NCBI GenBank assembly: GCA_036172245.1
Contig: JAYWIR010000012.1
Coordinates: 2,666,001 to 2,730,000, forward strand
DNA: 64,000 bases
Reading direction: 5' to 3'
Source: Raillietiella orientalis
Taxonomy: Eukaryota
Shown here: in pieces, positions 39,000-52,057 of the stretch
How the letters are laid out: every line of letters begins with the position of its first letter
Position numbering within the stretch: the stretch's first letter is position 1
Program-made: the position numbers and the translations under genes
The notes under the pieces: generated by a model
What the model saw: the letters and a program-made list of their open reading frames with translations, nothing else
Told to the model about the DNA's origin: nothing
Database searches by the model: none

Positions 39000-39900
39000 C
39001 GTCCTCCCAACGGGTTGATCTCGCTCAGAAGAGTCCTGGACCAAAAGTGCTCTGGCTGAAAGTATTTGAGGGTGGAGGAGGGGAGGAGGGAAGAAGCGTT
39101 CACGCCACCACCGCTAGCCAGCGGCTCTTCACGGGAATCTCTCCCCCGTGAAAAGCGAGGGGATCACGGAAAGAGGATCACGGGAAGAGGTTCTTCGGGA
39201 GGACGCGTCAGCCGCTTCAAGGACGCCTGCAGCCACGAGCCAGGCTAAAAACCTCCCGCCTTCTAGTGGTCTGCGGTGCTTGGAGGTGGGTGGTGAGGTG
39301 CTCATGGCCTGGAAGCTCGCACCGTCCTCAAGGCCCGGGGTAAATTGTTCTTCTATTCCAGAACGTGGTAGAGGACACGAGAAGCGGGTGGCAGAGGATC
39401 CTGCCAGGTCCTTTCAGGGAGTTCCCTAAAACCTCATCGGTGAAGCCCTTGGCGACCGGCCCGCCCGAATTCTGAAGGTCGTCCTCGCAGGGAAACCGCA
39501 CAGAGGCCTCTCGCCTCCGTAAGGTCGACGACGCGTGCGTGAGAGCGGCACATTGCTCCCACATTCTTCCTTAGCTCCCTCCCCCTTGTCTGCTCCCGTC
39601 CCCTCTCACGAGGGGAGGAGGAAAACGGACGATGAAGTTCCCTCGCGGGAGTCCCCTCCAGGGCCAGGCGGCCACCGGCGTTGCGACGCAGGGGGCTCGT
39701 GCTTGCGGGCTTCGGGGTCGTGTCCCGAGCTCCGGAGGACCTGGAGCTTCAGGAGGGGCCAAAGCGCGCCGGACCCGCTCAGGTAGGAGAGACCCCCCTT
39801 ATGGCAGCCGCAGCTTGTCGGGATGGCTGTTCGTTCCTCCTGCAGCTCCGAGGGGGAGCCAATGAGCTCGCTTGCGCGCCACTGCCGCCGCCGCCTCGGA
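39000..39900 (-). pseudogene. Possible L1/Tx1 ORF1 fragment
   Basis: GPVAKGFTDEVLGNSLKGPGRIL resembles the RRM-like part of Tx1 ORF1. Confidence 0.3.
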
Positions 39901-42254
39901 AGCTGGGCATCGCCCACCACTCCATCCTGACTAGGAGAGGGGGAGGGGTCAAGCGGCGGAGTGCCAGCCTTCCTCGGGAAGTCGTGCGAAGGAAAGGAGG
40001 CGCTCGCTCACCCGTTGAGCTGAACTACCTGCGGTGAGGTGGTCAGCGCAAAACGCGGGGGTGAGTCCCTCTTTCCCCACCCCACTCCCATCCTTCAGCA
40101 ATCTCTCCCTCCTTCCCGAGAGAGGGGAGAGAAAAAAAAAATTCGTTAGTGCGCTCAGCGCACCAACGAGTCTGTCGGATGCGAGCAGCGACACTCGTCA
40201 CCGCGCCCTACAAACTCCCGGTATGTTCTTGGCAGAGGCGGAGGAGAGACGCTCGTCCATTCCTCTTCCCTCCATGACGGGAGATGAATTTCGGGAACAT
40301 TCCTCGCCCCAGCCTTCCCCGCGAACCCTAGGAACCTTCATTCCCTTGAACCCTCCCTCTTCTCGCTGCTGTCCAGCTCTCCCTCCGTGGGGGACTTTGG
40401 TTCTCCCCCCCTTCCTCCTCCTCTGATCCGATTCTCCCCCCCTCCCCCTTTCCTCCTCGCCGAGGGCGGCACCGCTCCCTCCTCCGCGCCCGAGGCACAG
40501 GACGAAAGCGAAGCCGACGAGACGGGCCGTCGTCTGCGATGCTTCCCCTCGCCCGGAAGGCACGAGGGAAGGAGTTTGAGAGGTCTTTCCTTCCCCTTCC
40601 GTTCGGCGAAAGGCGGATGTGCGTTCCCTTATTCTCCCCTCCCGCCCCCGCCCCCGGAGTAAGGCCTCAGGGCCGTGATCTCCCCACCCGGCTCTCGCCA
40701 CGACCACACGCGCGTCCCGGGAATGCACGCCCTTCCCGCTCTTTCCTCCGTCCCAGTCGTGTCGCCCGTCACCCACGTCGCACCCTCAATCCATCCAGAG
40801 CGGCACCGCCGCCACCACCCCCGGTCCCGAGGGCGGCGGTGGCGGGACTTTCACTCATGCCCGCTGGCGAGCCCCGCGGTCCTCCCCGCCATGGACTTTC
40901 TATTGTGGAAGCGCGTGGAGGTCGGGACGACGGGAAGAATTCGCTGTTGCGGAGGAAGAGGACGCGGAGCGAGAAAGGAAGCTGTGCGGGTGGCGGACCA
41001 GAATGCGCGGGAAGGAAGGCCGGAGGGGGGGGGGAGGACGTAGTGCTGGGAACGTGAGGGCTGTAAACGCATCGTCGAGAACTCCCGTCGACGGGGCTGA
41101 AAAGACGATCCGAGGAACCGGAAGTCGAGGAGGAGCGCACTTTCGGCGGCGGCGGCAGATCGAGTGAGGGTCGGGACCGGCATCTGCGCCACGACCTCGC
41201 GGCGGGGGCGCGGTCCGCGGGGCAATTGACGAAGCGACGGCGACCATAAAAGGGCGAGAGAGCGGCGTCCAATCTGGCGGCGCGACCGCCGACGTTTTAC
41301 AAGCGCAGACGAGGGGGGCGGCGGCGGCGAAGAGGGAGGTGGGGGGAGGAAGCGTTGGAGACCCCACATTCCCTCCTCCGACCACCATTCCGTTTTCCGA
41401 CGCTCGAGGGTAGCGAGGAAGGAACGTCTTTGTGTTGGGGAGGCGTGTCACGTCGGTCCCTGATGGAAGGTCCCCCACCCCTCCCCAGCCCCTTGAGCCC
41501 TGCCTACAGCACCCTACGACGAGCGCCATTTCGGGAGGGAGCGGAAAAAAGGAATCAGGGAGGCACAAGGAAGGGAGAAGAGGAGCAGTAGACAAAAAGG
41601 GAGCGCCCAGCAGTGAGAGGCAAAAAAATGCAAATCTGGGCGCCTGCCAATGCGGGGGAAGGGGATGGCCGTTCTGTTGTGGGAAAAGCGGAATGGTCCC
41701 TCTCTTCTCCCCCGCACTCCCTTTCCCTCTCCCCAGTTAGCAACAGGCCCCATCTGCTCTCAGCTCTCCCGTGCACCTCTCGTTCGCGTTTATCAATTCC
41801 CTTCCGGTGGCAGCTTGTCAGCTTCCAGGAATCCCAAACGGGTAATCGAGCGATCCCCTTCTTCACTTAGCTTCTTCCTTTCGTTCTCCCTCTCTCTTCC
41901 CCTCCTCCTCCTTTCCTCCCTTTTTTTTTAAGGAGAGGAAGGAGGACGGAAGGTAGGAAGAGCCTTTCTCCCGTTCCTGCCTCCATACAGGAGCAAGTGG
42001 TGTTTCCCAGTTCTTTGGTTCTTAAGATATCCCGAAGAAAACTGATAGCCTCTTCGGGGAGGGGAAAGGGGGGGGAGAGCATCAGAGAGGCTCGACGGCG
42101 CCACCATATGGGCATCTCATGGAGCTCAGCGTTAGGATCCCGGCGGCGAATGCGACGAGACGAGCTACGGAAGAAGGGGAGGGGAAGAAGGCACCGTCAA
42201 CGCCGCCCGAGGGTGCGTGTGACTCCTCAATTTACAGGGGGTCTCCCAGGAGGA

Positions 42255-42600
42255 AACCATCCTGTGAATCCAGGAAGGGCTCCGGAGGAAGGGGTAGATT
42301 CCTCTTACATTTGCTAAAGGAGCCATGAAGGAAACCTACTCTTCCTTGTACTCTCCGGAAGGACCCTCCAGTTTGTGGGGGCCACACCTCCTTTACTCCA
42401 GGTTCTCCGGAGGGAACCCGGAAAGGATCCACTCCTTCATTTACTCCTCTAAAGATAACCCTGAAGGGTCAACTTCCAATTTTCTCTGAAGCGGCGCCTA
42501 CCGAAGGGAGCAGCACGTTCAGAGAGAGGCAACCCCCGAGGAGGGAGTCAGCCAGCTCCATGGTACGCGATAGCACGGCTCCATTTGAGAGGAAACCCTT
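42255..42600 (-). mobile_element. tRNA-derived SINE, 3' part
   Basis: The reverse complement matches the SINE 3' half (ATGGAGCTGGCTGAC...AGAGAAAATTGGAAG...CCGGAGCCCTTCCTGGATTCAC). Confidence 0.65.
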
Positions 42601-42849
42601 CCCTGTTTGTCTTCGAAGGGAACCTCTCCCTTATTCCCTCCCTACGAAGATGGGCCGCTCTTCATTGCCTTCCCGAAGGGAACTTCGTGGTTCCCGGGCA
42701 GAGGGCGTCTTTCTCAGAGATGCGTGGCACCAGAGCGGTTTCCGAAGACTCTGATCTCCAATCCAGTCTGGCTGCCTCCCCTCCCTTTCGGGCCCCTTCG
42801 ACCCCCGTACTGGCTGAGGGCTGGGTTCCTCAGCTGCCGCTGAGGAACT

Positions 42850-45800
42850 CTGGGCGCTGCGACAGGAGACAGCGGTGATGGTTCGGGAGGCACATCGCTG
42901 CTGTCTTCTTCCCCATGCCCATCCCTCTCCCTGTTACTCCAGGTCCCTTCTACGGCCTATGCATACTGTCGAGAGAGGAGGAAAGGCTTCAGGGTAACCC
43001 ATCGGGGTTCGCACTGAACCAGGAGCTCGCTGCTTTTACCCTCTGGATGGGTCGCCCAGCAGCCCTTCTCTGGTGCCGGTGTTGGTGAAGAACGAACTCC
43101 ATTGGGTTTCGGGAGAAAAGCGCGCACGCTCCGGTCCACTGGCGTACCACTGATCAGGTCGAGACCCCGGCGGCCGAGGCCGAAACATAGCAGATGGCCC
43201 CATCGGGCGCCCCGGGTGAAAGTCGTCTCTTCATGTCGTTGCTACCGAAGGATGGCATTATGGCCTTCATCGCGTCCACCTGTTTCCGCCTGCAGACGAG
43301 CCAGGATTCCCTCCTCCCCATACATGCACGCTGTCCGCCCGTGGGCAGACGCTGGAGGATGAGGGAGGGGGGGAGGAAGTGAGAAAGACCGATCCCCCAC
43401 TCCCTTTCCCACCGCACGAGCACGCGCCTCGTGGACACCGGTCCGGTGAAGAAATGTCGGCTCCGAAGGGCAATCGACGCAATGTCCGAGGACGCCTTCT
43501 CTCGAAGCCCTGCGTGAGCGGAGGACCCAAGTTCCGCCTGGTCACGCACCGTCTGCCCTCCGGCGCCTGGAGACAAGAGGTCCACTCCGAGACGCCGGCG
43601 GCCCGCTGGGCAGAACTTTGCTCTGCGGCGGCTTCTTCGTTCCGGGAAGATGGAGATGCGGAGGGGAACCTTCCCCTCCCACCGGAAGGGATGCCACCCG
43701 CCGAAATCCCAAAGCGCTTGGACGTGCGCGCTCCTAAAGATGGAAGGGCACCGTTCAGCGAGCAAGAAGAGAAGGCAAGCGGGTCCGGTACGTGACTGCC
43801 ACATCCTCCCACGGTTCCAAGAGACCTCCGGGAAGCTAACCTGCTCCTCCCCCTGCCCGGACGCCGCTCCTCCTGGGAAGTGGAGCTCAGCCCTCGGACC
43901 CCGGCGGCGGGTGCGACGAGACGCGCTAAGGAGAGAGGAGGAGGGAAGGGGAAAGGAAGTGAACGTGAGCGGAGTCCTGAACGGCGAAACTGGCAAGGTG
44001 GACACGTGATCAAACTCAGAGTAACCCGGCTCCCCTCCTCTTTGCCTAAGAGGAGCACCTTGCTTTCCTTTCGCGATGGGAAGTGCAGCGGGAAGAGGGA
44101 CGGGAACGGCGGCGCGTTTCTGCTGCGAGGAGGATCTACCCGCGGCGCAAGCAGCGAGGCGCGCATGTGCGGGGATGCAGCATTCCTGGTCGCCGCGGGG
44201 GCGTTACGCAGCGGCGGAGGCAGGACGTGCGGACGCTTTGGGGAACGGAGAAAGAGCACGGAGGATGCTTGGACAGGACTGCTAAAAGGACCGACGCAAG
44301 GGTGGTGTCCTTCCGCCACGTACCGGGAGGGAGCGGAGTGGAAGGAAATCTCCCAGTGAACTCGCGAGGACACTGGGCGACGTAGCAGGGAACTCTAGAT
44401 AGGGGGATCCTTCGCGATGCCGCATCTCACGTATGTCGGGAACAACTCCTCCCCTCTGCGGATCCCTAGCACCCGCCGACGGGCCCCGAAGGGGCGACAT
44501 CTCGTCTGGATGGAAGCTCCGCTGACGGTATTTCCTTGACGATGTTTCTCGTCTGAGATCCCGGAGGACTCTTTTCCAACTCTCCGTGTACGGCGAGAGA
44601 TGCACAGGACAACGGGAAATGAGAGATCGGAACCGAGAGAGAGGGAAGCGGTAGGCAGGACGGGGTAGTGAAGAAAAGGCGAGCCGTTTTGGTTGACAGT
44701 CCTCCATAAACGCCCCAGTCAGGAGGGACCTCACGGCTTCGTTCAGCTCCCGTCTCAACCAAAGGCCATCCCAAAGGAAGCGGGGAAGAAAGGCAGGGGG
44801 TCAGAGATTCGCCCTACCCTCCTGCCCCACCCTCTTGGCTCAACCCGTCATGAGAGTCTCAGTTTCTCTAGGGGACGAGAAGAAGACGAGGGAAAATCTC
44901 GGGAAAGGATGTTCCGTGCCAGGGCCTCCCAGCACCGCGATCTCCGGGTGTTCACGAAGTGCACCCGGAAACCGAGATGCCCCTCTGAATCCGCCAGCTC
45001 TCTCCGCCTATCCGGAATGGTGCTATCCATTTGGGTGGGGATCCTCCCAGGTAGCGAGGGTGAGGAGGTGGATGGAGGCCTTCCAGCTAAGGAGGCAGTT
45101 CCGTCTGACTGCAGTTTCAGGAGCACCTCCAGTGTTGGGGATAGAGAACCCGCGGGGGAAGGGGAGAGAGTTCTCAGGGAAGGAGAAGGAGGCAAGGAAC
45201 GGGAGAGCGGGAGAGTCGATTCTTGATCCCACAAGTGGACCCCAAAGCCCCAGTCTTCGTCTGCTAGAAGGGGCACGAGCGTCCAGGAGGACGCAGAGAC
45301 CCGAGGGCAGTAAGGAAAGGGACTTCAGGACGACCGCCGGCAGAAAGTCGCTCCGGAACAGATGGGGATTCCCGGAAATCGGGGAGCATTCCCATCCCTT
45401 TTCACCATGGGTGACTTTGCGGAGAGGACGAGAAAGAGGAGAGTTCGCTCCTCCACTCCCCACGCAAATGGAAGGGAGGGAGTCGCGGGTATGAGCAGCG
45501 CTGGTGGCTCCCTGGGCGACGCAGCCACCGCGAGAGAGCGAGTCGGAGAGCGCGAGGGTCGCTCTTGATGACGGAGGAGGACAACGGGTACGCCTCGAGT
45601 GAGACGGCCAGCGACCTTCTGGTGGAAGACTGTGCCCGACCACGGACCGGTGCTTCCCTTTCGAAAGCGGCGGAAGGAAGAGGGAGGGGAGGAGATGAGG
45701 GAGACAGAAGGAGAGCCAAAGAGCGTGCGTAATTCCTCCTGCTGTCACGGGTGTGAGCAGGATCGGGAAGTCCAGAAGAGCTGCTGAAGCCTTCCGCGCC

Positions 45801-47400
45801 TCCAGAAGGTCCATGGAATCCCGGTTAGAAGGGGTAGGAGATCCGGGCCCTTGCCGATGGAGTCGACCGCCCAGCTTGGGGGGGAGGGAGGAACAGACGC
45901 ACTGGTCCATGGGGGGATGAAAGGGGAGAGAAAGGGAAGAACAGGATGGGATAGAAAGAACGCAAGTTTCGTATATCCCCTCGGACGCTGCTCTCTTCCT
46001 GCCAGCTCTCCGGGAAAAAGTCGCAGCCGCCTTTACGGCGACAGCGTCCCCAATAGCAAGGAGAGGGGGAGCAACAGGAAACGCCAAAAAACCCTCGGAT
46101 TCCTGGAGCAGTTTCGGGAGGGAATAAGGGCAGGGACCCCCAGCCCGAGCTGCGAAGCGAAAGATGCATTCCTAAGGACCCTGAAGCACCTGGGACGGGG
46201 TGGGGTTGCCGCAACGCATTCCAGCTGGCATCCCGCATTCCCAATCCAGTATAGGGGCGCACTCCCTCTCCCAGCCTGAAGAGAAGGGAGAGAGAGGCGG
46301 TTGGTTGCTTTCCGTTGGAGTCTCCCCGTCCCCGCCTTCCCCCCAGGTTGCGGGAGGAGCCCCTGCGGCGGCGCTTTTACTGAGGTGCGCGCGACCCTTA
46401 ATAAAAGCGGAGGAGGAGGGAAACGCTTGGGCGGTAAGGGCGCCCCCTAGCTGCGAGAACAAGGCGCACGCGAGACCAGTTCTCTGGGAGGCAGCAGGAA
46501 GGGTGAGGGCGGGGGACGAGCAGGGGAGATTCAGAGACGCCCAAGGACCTCCCCCTCCCCGACCACGCTCGCACCTTTGGGATAACTTGATCCCGAGAGG
46601 GAGAGGGACTCCCTCATACCACCCCAACCCCTGCGTCTGTCCTCTTTTGGAGTCCTTGAGGCGCACTGGAGCCGTGGCTGGGCTGACCGCGCCCTTCGCT
46701 GATTGCAAAACCCGTCCGTGGGCCCTGTCCATTCGCCTGGAGTGGATGTCCGGCGTGTCGTACGAAATTCGCGGAAAGGAGCGATCCCTCATTCCCTCTC
46801 GGCCACCTCTGGGCGACCACTAACCCCCTCACTTCCCGGTAAAGGGAGGTCCCGGCACCACTGCTGCCGAGTAACCAAAGCGCATCTGCAGGGACGCTCC
46901 TGAAGGGAGCGGTCTGGGAGGCAAGACCCGCCTCCCCTCTCTCCCGTTGGGGGGGAAGGAGGCAAGGGCCCTTCTCGTTCAGGTGCAAGGGAGAAGGGAC
47001 TTAGCCTCGGTCCTTCAAGAAGGCCCTCGAAAAAGGAAGGAACCCGGAAAGGCTTTAGGGCATTAGGGTCCCTCGTTCGCGCTGCACGGGACCTCGGCGC
47101 CAGATTGCTGTGGCGCTTTTGTCGTCTGGAAGAGCTTGAAGTGGAATCCAAGGGGGAAAACACGCGAGGGAACTTCCAGAAAGGACGCACTCGCCGCTGC
47201 CCCTCGGGGAACAATGCTGTGTCCCCGTCCTCTCCCCCTTAGGACGTCCAGGGAGAGAGCAGAAAACCTCCTGCCCGCAATGCCGGGTCCCTTTCCGAAT
47301 CGGGAGGCGTGAGGGCTCTTCGCTCACTCTGCGCCAACGATCCCGCCTGGTGGGGCTGTTGGCACCTCAGGCGAGGACGCGTCACCTGGGGGTGTGCGGG
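42850..47400 (-). mobile_element. Decayed near-complete L1/Tx1-like ORF2 (APE-RT-zf-RVT)
   Basis: Collinear remnants: KGTRHC..VFCSLPG (QET-like), SYDTPDIHSRRMDRAH (SRLD), SAALLDFPILLTPV (D-KAFD-V), AYPLSS (QG.PLS), HLGFRVH..CWEALARNI (YLG..W), LSHFLPP (zf-RVT). Confidence 0.55.
45871..45988. repeat. Short (~110-120 bp) purine-rich dispersed repeat, copy 1
   Basis: AGACGCA(C/T)TGGTCCATGGG.GATGAA.GG...ATGGGA...GCAAGT...ATCCC..GACGC is shared with 47422-47528. Confidence 0.65.
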
Positions 47401-47421
47401 AACCCCGGCACGAGACGGTCT

Positions 47422-47528
47422 CCCAGGTTGGAGGGAATAGACGCATTGGTCCATGGGAGATGAAGGGAGAGGGAAGGAGAGAAAGCAGAATGGGACAGAA
47501 TGCAAGTCCTGTTCATCCCTTAAGACGC
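47422..47528. repeat. Short purine-rich dispersed repeat, copy 2
   Basis: Direct-orientation similarity to 45871-45988. Confidence 0.65.
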
Positions 47529-49103
47529 CTTCACGGCCCCTCTCAATCCGTCCGAGACGGGGAAAATAGGTGGGAGCGCGCAGATCCGAGCTGCCATGGC
47601 TACACGGACGGGATGTTGCTGTGCACGCAATGGCCTCGCAACAGCAGCAGCAGCAGCGCGGTGGCTGTGGCGCCGACGGATGGCGACTCTGAGGGGACGC
47701 AAGAGGCGCGCTCGCGCCGCTCTGCCTGTGCGCGAGAGAGAACGCGCGCTCTCCTAGAGCGGAGAGTCCGACGCGGTGTCCATAAAGACTCGTCGATGGG
47801 AAAGGGCAGAGGATGGGGGAGGATGAGGTGAGACCCTGCAGACGCTCTCGAGCGAGGTCCTTCGCAGTGATGCCGAGGATCCCGTACGAGGACGGGAAGA
47901 ACGCGGCAGAGGAGGAGCAGAACGGAGGGAACCACCGCCAGCCTTTCCCCGGAAGACTTGACTCTGGCGGGAGGCCAGTGCAAGGTCCCGCCACTGGACG
48001 GCGGGGAGCCATCTCCAAGATCTCATCGAGTAGAAAGAGAGGAAACCATCCTTGGGCGGATGCCGTCCTCGGGAGACTTCCCCGGGAGGAAAGAGGGGAT
48101 TCTTCCGGACTGGGACCAAGACGCAGACATGAAAAACACTATCTTTTGCCTTTTCTTTTTCTTTCCTTTTTTTTGGGGAAGTAGGTGGGGGTGGGGGGGA
48201 GAGGGGAGGAAGAAGGTGCCTTCCACAGCATCGCTTCGCGGGCCGCCGTCAACCGCCCACGAGTATGGCGGCTGATAGGCGGACAACGCGCCTCCACCAT
48301 CGGAGAACAAGGGCGGGGAGAGGGGGAGAAAAGGGACGCATCCCAGAAGAGGAGTGGGTTAATTTGGGCTGCACACACCAGTCGGGCGACACTTTTCGGG
48401 ACGCTCGTCCGCCGGGACGTGCACCCCCGCACACCATCGCATCCACACGGACGACGGGAGCTTCGGGGGAAAAGGGGGGGAGGGAGGTGCCACGGCGCGG
48501 GAGCTTCTCCAGGGGTGAGGGAGGGGAAGTGAGGGAGGAGAGAACGATCCCGCAGCCGGAAAAGCAAAGAAGCAGCAGCAGCCCTGTGGTTGCTGCTGCC
48601 GACCTCCCGCGTCGGTCGCGATCGCCGCTGCAGCTCTGGTCCGCAGGTCATCGTCGACAGCCGCTGCTACCCGTGAGGATGGCGCCGCCACACCCTGAGG
48701 GCAAGGGTGGAGGGAGCTGCTGCTGCTGCACCTTGCGTCCTATCGGGCGAGGGAGCGAGCGGTGTGCGTGGGGCGGGGTGAAGGAGGAGGAGACAGCCGC
48801 CGCGCCTTTTCTTCGAGACGCACGCCGGGCCTGCAGGCAGGCGAGCTCTCCTCACAAGGGGTCAGGAAAGGGGTGCGAGCAGACGGAGGGAAGGGGCGCT
48901 CGAAGCGGCTCCTGGGCACACTTCTGCTTCTTCCAGGAATGAGAACATGCACATAAACCCTTCTTCACTCAACTACGCCTGTCTTTTTTTTTGAGGGGGG
49001 GGGGGGGGCTCTGTACTTCTTCCTGGGAGCAGTTCATCCCGCACGCTTCGGCAGGATAACCAAGGGGGCTGTGCGAAAAGGAGCCGGGGGTAAGGAACAA
49101 ACC

Positions 49104-49479
49104 CTAAACCACCACGGGGTAGTGAAAGTAATGGTGATGGAAGTGGTGGTGCTCGTGCCTCTCGACTCGCTCCCTGTCTCCTAAGTGTTCCCGCTCGAGC
49201 CAGGCCAGGACTTGCTGCATGGCGCGCCGGCGATGCTTGCTGCGGTGTTTGGAGTGGTGAGTCGAGGACCTGGGGCGACCCACCCTTTGGGAATGGAAAG
49301 GGGTGGCGGTGGACTCGGTGGCGTCGTAGGACTTGGACCTGTTGTTATTGTCCTTGTCGTGCCGGACGAACGGGGAATCGGGGTGGCGCTCCTGGGAACG
49401 CGAGCACCCGGGCGCGGGGTGCTTGGGGTGGTGCGCGCCGCAAGGTTCGGCCATTTCGTTCCTGTGGTTCTTGTAGTAG
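49104..49479 (-). CDS. nkd: naked cuticle coding exon 5 with His-rich C-terminus (...QQVLAWLEREH...VERHEHHHFHHHYFHYPVVV*), 376 nt
   Basis: Acceptor ctctctctccttgcAG, in phase 2. The poly-His tail is typical of the Nkd family. TAG at 49106-49104. Total CDS is 1191 nt, or 396 aa. Confidence 0.92.
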
Positions 49480-49556
49480 CTGCAAGGAGAGAGAGGAGGG
49501 GAGCCCTTTGCCGGACGGATCGAGGGGAGAGGGAGGAGGAGGGAGGTAGGACGTAC

Positions 49557-50017
49557 CAGGAGGAGGAGTTGAGGTTGTTCTTCGCCATGTTGTCCCTGAT
49601 GAGATCCAGAAGCTCCTGCCTCTGGTACCGCTTGTACGGGCGGTGGGGAGACGACTCCTCCGCGGTCGGTGAGCGCGGTGGCGTCGTCGCCAGAGGGATG
49701 GTTCTGTTCCGCGGGCAGCCGCCGCTGACCCGCTTGGAGGAGGAGGAGCAGTGGCAGCAGTCGGCGGCGGGGGCGACGTCAGCTGCCTCGCTCTCTTTGA
49801 ACAGGTTGTTGCGGTACTCCCGGCGGAAAGAAGGTGCCGCCAGGGGTATCTCCTGGCGGGCCTGCTTGTCCCCGCGCGGGGAATTGTTCAGCTTCTGCCC
49901 TCCTCCCTCGTCTGGAGTCACGGTCAGCTTCACCTTGATGGTCTTGCTGCCGCGAGGAGGCATGCTTATACTGTGACCCACGACTTCGTAGATGGCTCGC
50001 ATCAAGCCCACCACGTC
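49557..50017 (-). CDS. nkd: naked cuticle coding exon 4 (DVVGLMRAIYEVVGHS...GSKTIKVKLTVTPD...ELLDLIRDNMAKNNLNSSS), 461 nt
   Basis: Contains the second EFX helix, the conserved KTIKVKLTV motif and an amphipathic 'ELLDLIRDNMAKNNL' segment. Acceptor gttatcttccAG, donor TG|GTACGT (phase 2). Confidence 0.92.
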
Positions 50018-50077
50018 CTGGAAGATAACAGCAGTTCCACCCCCTCCCGCCTCGGAAAAGGAGCCGAGGTCACTCAC

Positions 50078-50185
50078 GTGTTTGGTAACCTTTCCGTGAC
50101 CGTTGAAGTCGTACAGAGTGAACGAGAACTCCTGTCGCCTCGGTTCGCCGTCGCAAGGGTCCAGGGACACGCCGCACTTGAATTC
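50078..50185 (-). CDS. nkd: naked cuticle coding exon 3, EFX (EF-hand, Dishevelled-binding) domain, 108 nt
   Basis: EFKCGVSLDPCDGEPRRQEFSFTLYDFNGHGKVTKH carries the diagnostic Nkd motif QEFSFTLYD(F/L)xGxGK(V/I)TK. Acceptor tttgctttccAG, donor CAC|GTGAGT. Confidence 0.95.
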
Positions 50186-50277
50186 CTGGAAAGCAAATTT
50201 CGTCGGGAGAGATGCAACGGTCCTTTCTGCTCCGCTTCCAGCGAAGCAAACCAGAAGGACAGGGAAGGGAAGGCTAC

Positions 50278-50453
50278 CTCCAGCTTGCAGCGTTTGTCCT
50301 CGCATCGGAAGTTCCTGTTGTTCTTGTCGAAGGCGTCGTCGGCCTTCCCGAACGCGTCTTCGGCGAACAGGAAGGAGTGGCTGCTCGAAGATTCGTCGGG
50401 AACCAACTCATCCAGGTCGGAAGACGGGTCGGCCCTCTTCTCATTGGGAAGAA
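50278..50453 (-). CDS. nkd: naked cuticle coding exon 2 (VLPNEKRADPSSDLDELVP...RCEDKRCKLE), 176 nt
   Basis: Acceptor ctgctttcctctccAG and donor GAG|GTAGCC. Joins in frame to exon 3 to give KLE-EFKCGVSL, the start of the EFX domain. Confidence 0.85.
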
Positions 50454-52057
50454 CTGGAGAGGAAAGCAGGAGGGGTTCAGCTGACGTCGCCGCACCGAGG
50501 AAAAGCTGCCTCGGCTCAGGTCGCTGCTGCTGCTGCTGCGTCCCCGCTGCTTTTCTCCCACCCCCGATCTCCCCACTCTTATCCTCCAGAAAGCAGCAGC
50601 TGCAGACGGAGACGGAACCGTCCGCCCCAGCGTCGCCGCGGAAGGCCGGGACACCCCTCGGAGGGATCGGCCACATGCACTCACTCTTCACGGCAACCAA
50701 GCGCCGACTGGGACACCGCGCTTGTCGGGTAGGCAAGAGGTGCTCTCTGCGGTGACGTACCGTAAGCGGGGGGAGCTTCGCTGACCACCACCAGCAGCAG
50801 CACCCGCCTGCAGCACCATCAGATTTACCGCGGAGGCGCCATCTTCACGCTCAGATTTTCGAGGGGACTCCCTGGCACACGGCTTTGGCACCGGAGGACT
50901 CTTCCTCCTCACCGTACCCCACCCGCCAAAAAAAAAAAAAAGGTAACCCCTACTGAAACTTGGGGGCAGACCTCCTGCCGCGCTCCAATGGCTGAGCGGC
51001 TACACTCTCATTTCGAGTGGCTCCTGCCGAGCCCAAGAGCGGTAACAAGGCAACGAAGGCGAACGCGCGGTGCCCTCTCTCCCAGTGTTGGCGCTTCCGG
51101 AGCTCGAGCGACCTCGCGAAGATCGCAGATCTTCCCGGTACCTCTCCCTCGCATCCTTTCCCGAGTTGGAGGGCGGGAGCGGGACCCGGTAGGAATCTCC
51201 AGAGCGGCACAAAAGGGAGGCGCACGGGCCCCTCATCTCCCACGGAGACGCGTCTTCCCGTCCACGCGCTCCTCCAGCCCGTTCGGTCGCTGCAGCGAGC
51301 TGCTCCCCCGCTCTTCGGGTCCCTCCCGCCTTTCCCCCACCGCGTCCCACTCGGACGTCTGCTTCGCCACCGACCCGCCGCTGCCTCCAGGAACTCCTGC
51401 CCCGGGGGAGTGAATTTTCCAAGCAAAAAAAGGGGGGGGAAAAAAAAAAACCCTCGGCGAGGGAGGAGAAGGGGCGAGAGAAGGGGTGGAAAGGGAAGGT
51501 GCGCTCTAGTCGTGAAGCGCGCGAACTCCCCACCTCTCGGAAAGATGCGCCGCGCGCGCACGCTGGCCCCGAGCAAGGAGGCACTTGCGGGCGCGCGCGC
51601 TGCCCCCTCCGCCGCCGCGGAGCGCGAGGGGTGACCCGAGAGAGGGAAAGAAAGAAGAAAAAAAACACGGAGCGGCGACGGCGGCGGCGAGGGAAACGAG
51701 GCGGCGTGGGAGGAGGAGGAGGGAGCCGCGTGCGCCCGCATCCTCCAACACGGGTCGGGTCTCGCGGAAGGCTGGCGCGTGCGCGCGGGAAAGGTGAAAC
51801 GCGGAGGGTCCGCTTCCAAAGGGGGCGCAGCCCGCGCGACCCTGCTGCGCTGCCAAACGTGGGAGGGAGGAGATCGACGAGGAGGGGGCGACACAGGAAC
51901 TCTGCTCCGAACGGGGAGGGAGAGGATCCGCAAAACGCCTGAGGCTGCGGCGAGGGTGCTCGGGAGGTACGTGGCTGAGGGACTGAGAAAGGATGACGGG
52001 AGGGGGAGGAGGAAGAGGAAGAAGGGGAGGAAGAGGAGAAAAGGAGCGCGCACTCAC

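Noticed and set aside
47215..47330. RING-like peptide 'CCVP...SCPQCRVPFRI' on the plus strand
   Set aside because: The RING is incomplete, and it is better explained as the antisense of the APE remnant of the minus-strand LINE.
49185..50755. Plus-strand ORFs 49185-49976 and 49751-50755
   Set aside because: Antisense shadows of the GC-rich nkd coding exons.
50688..50955. Alternative nkd exon in intron 1 (tttcAG ~50955, ACG|GTACGT ~50760)
   Set aside because: There is no Nkd-like peptide, and exon 1 already splices in phase to exon 2. It cannot be supported without RNA data.
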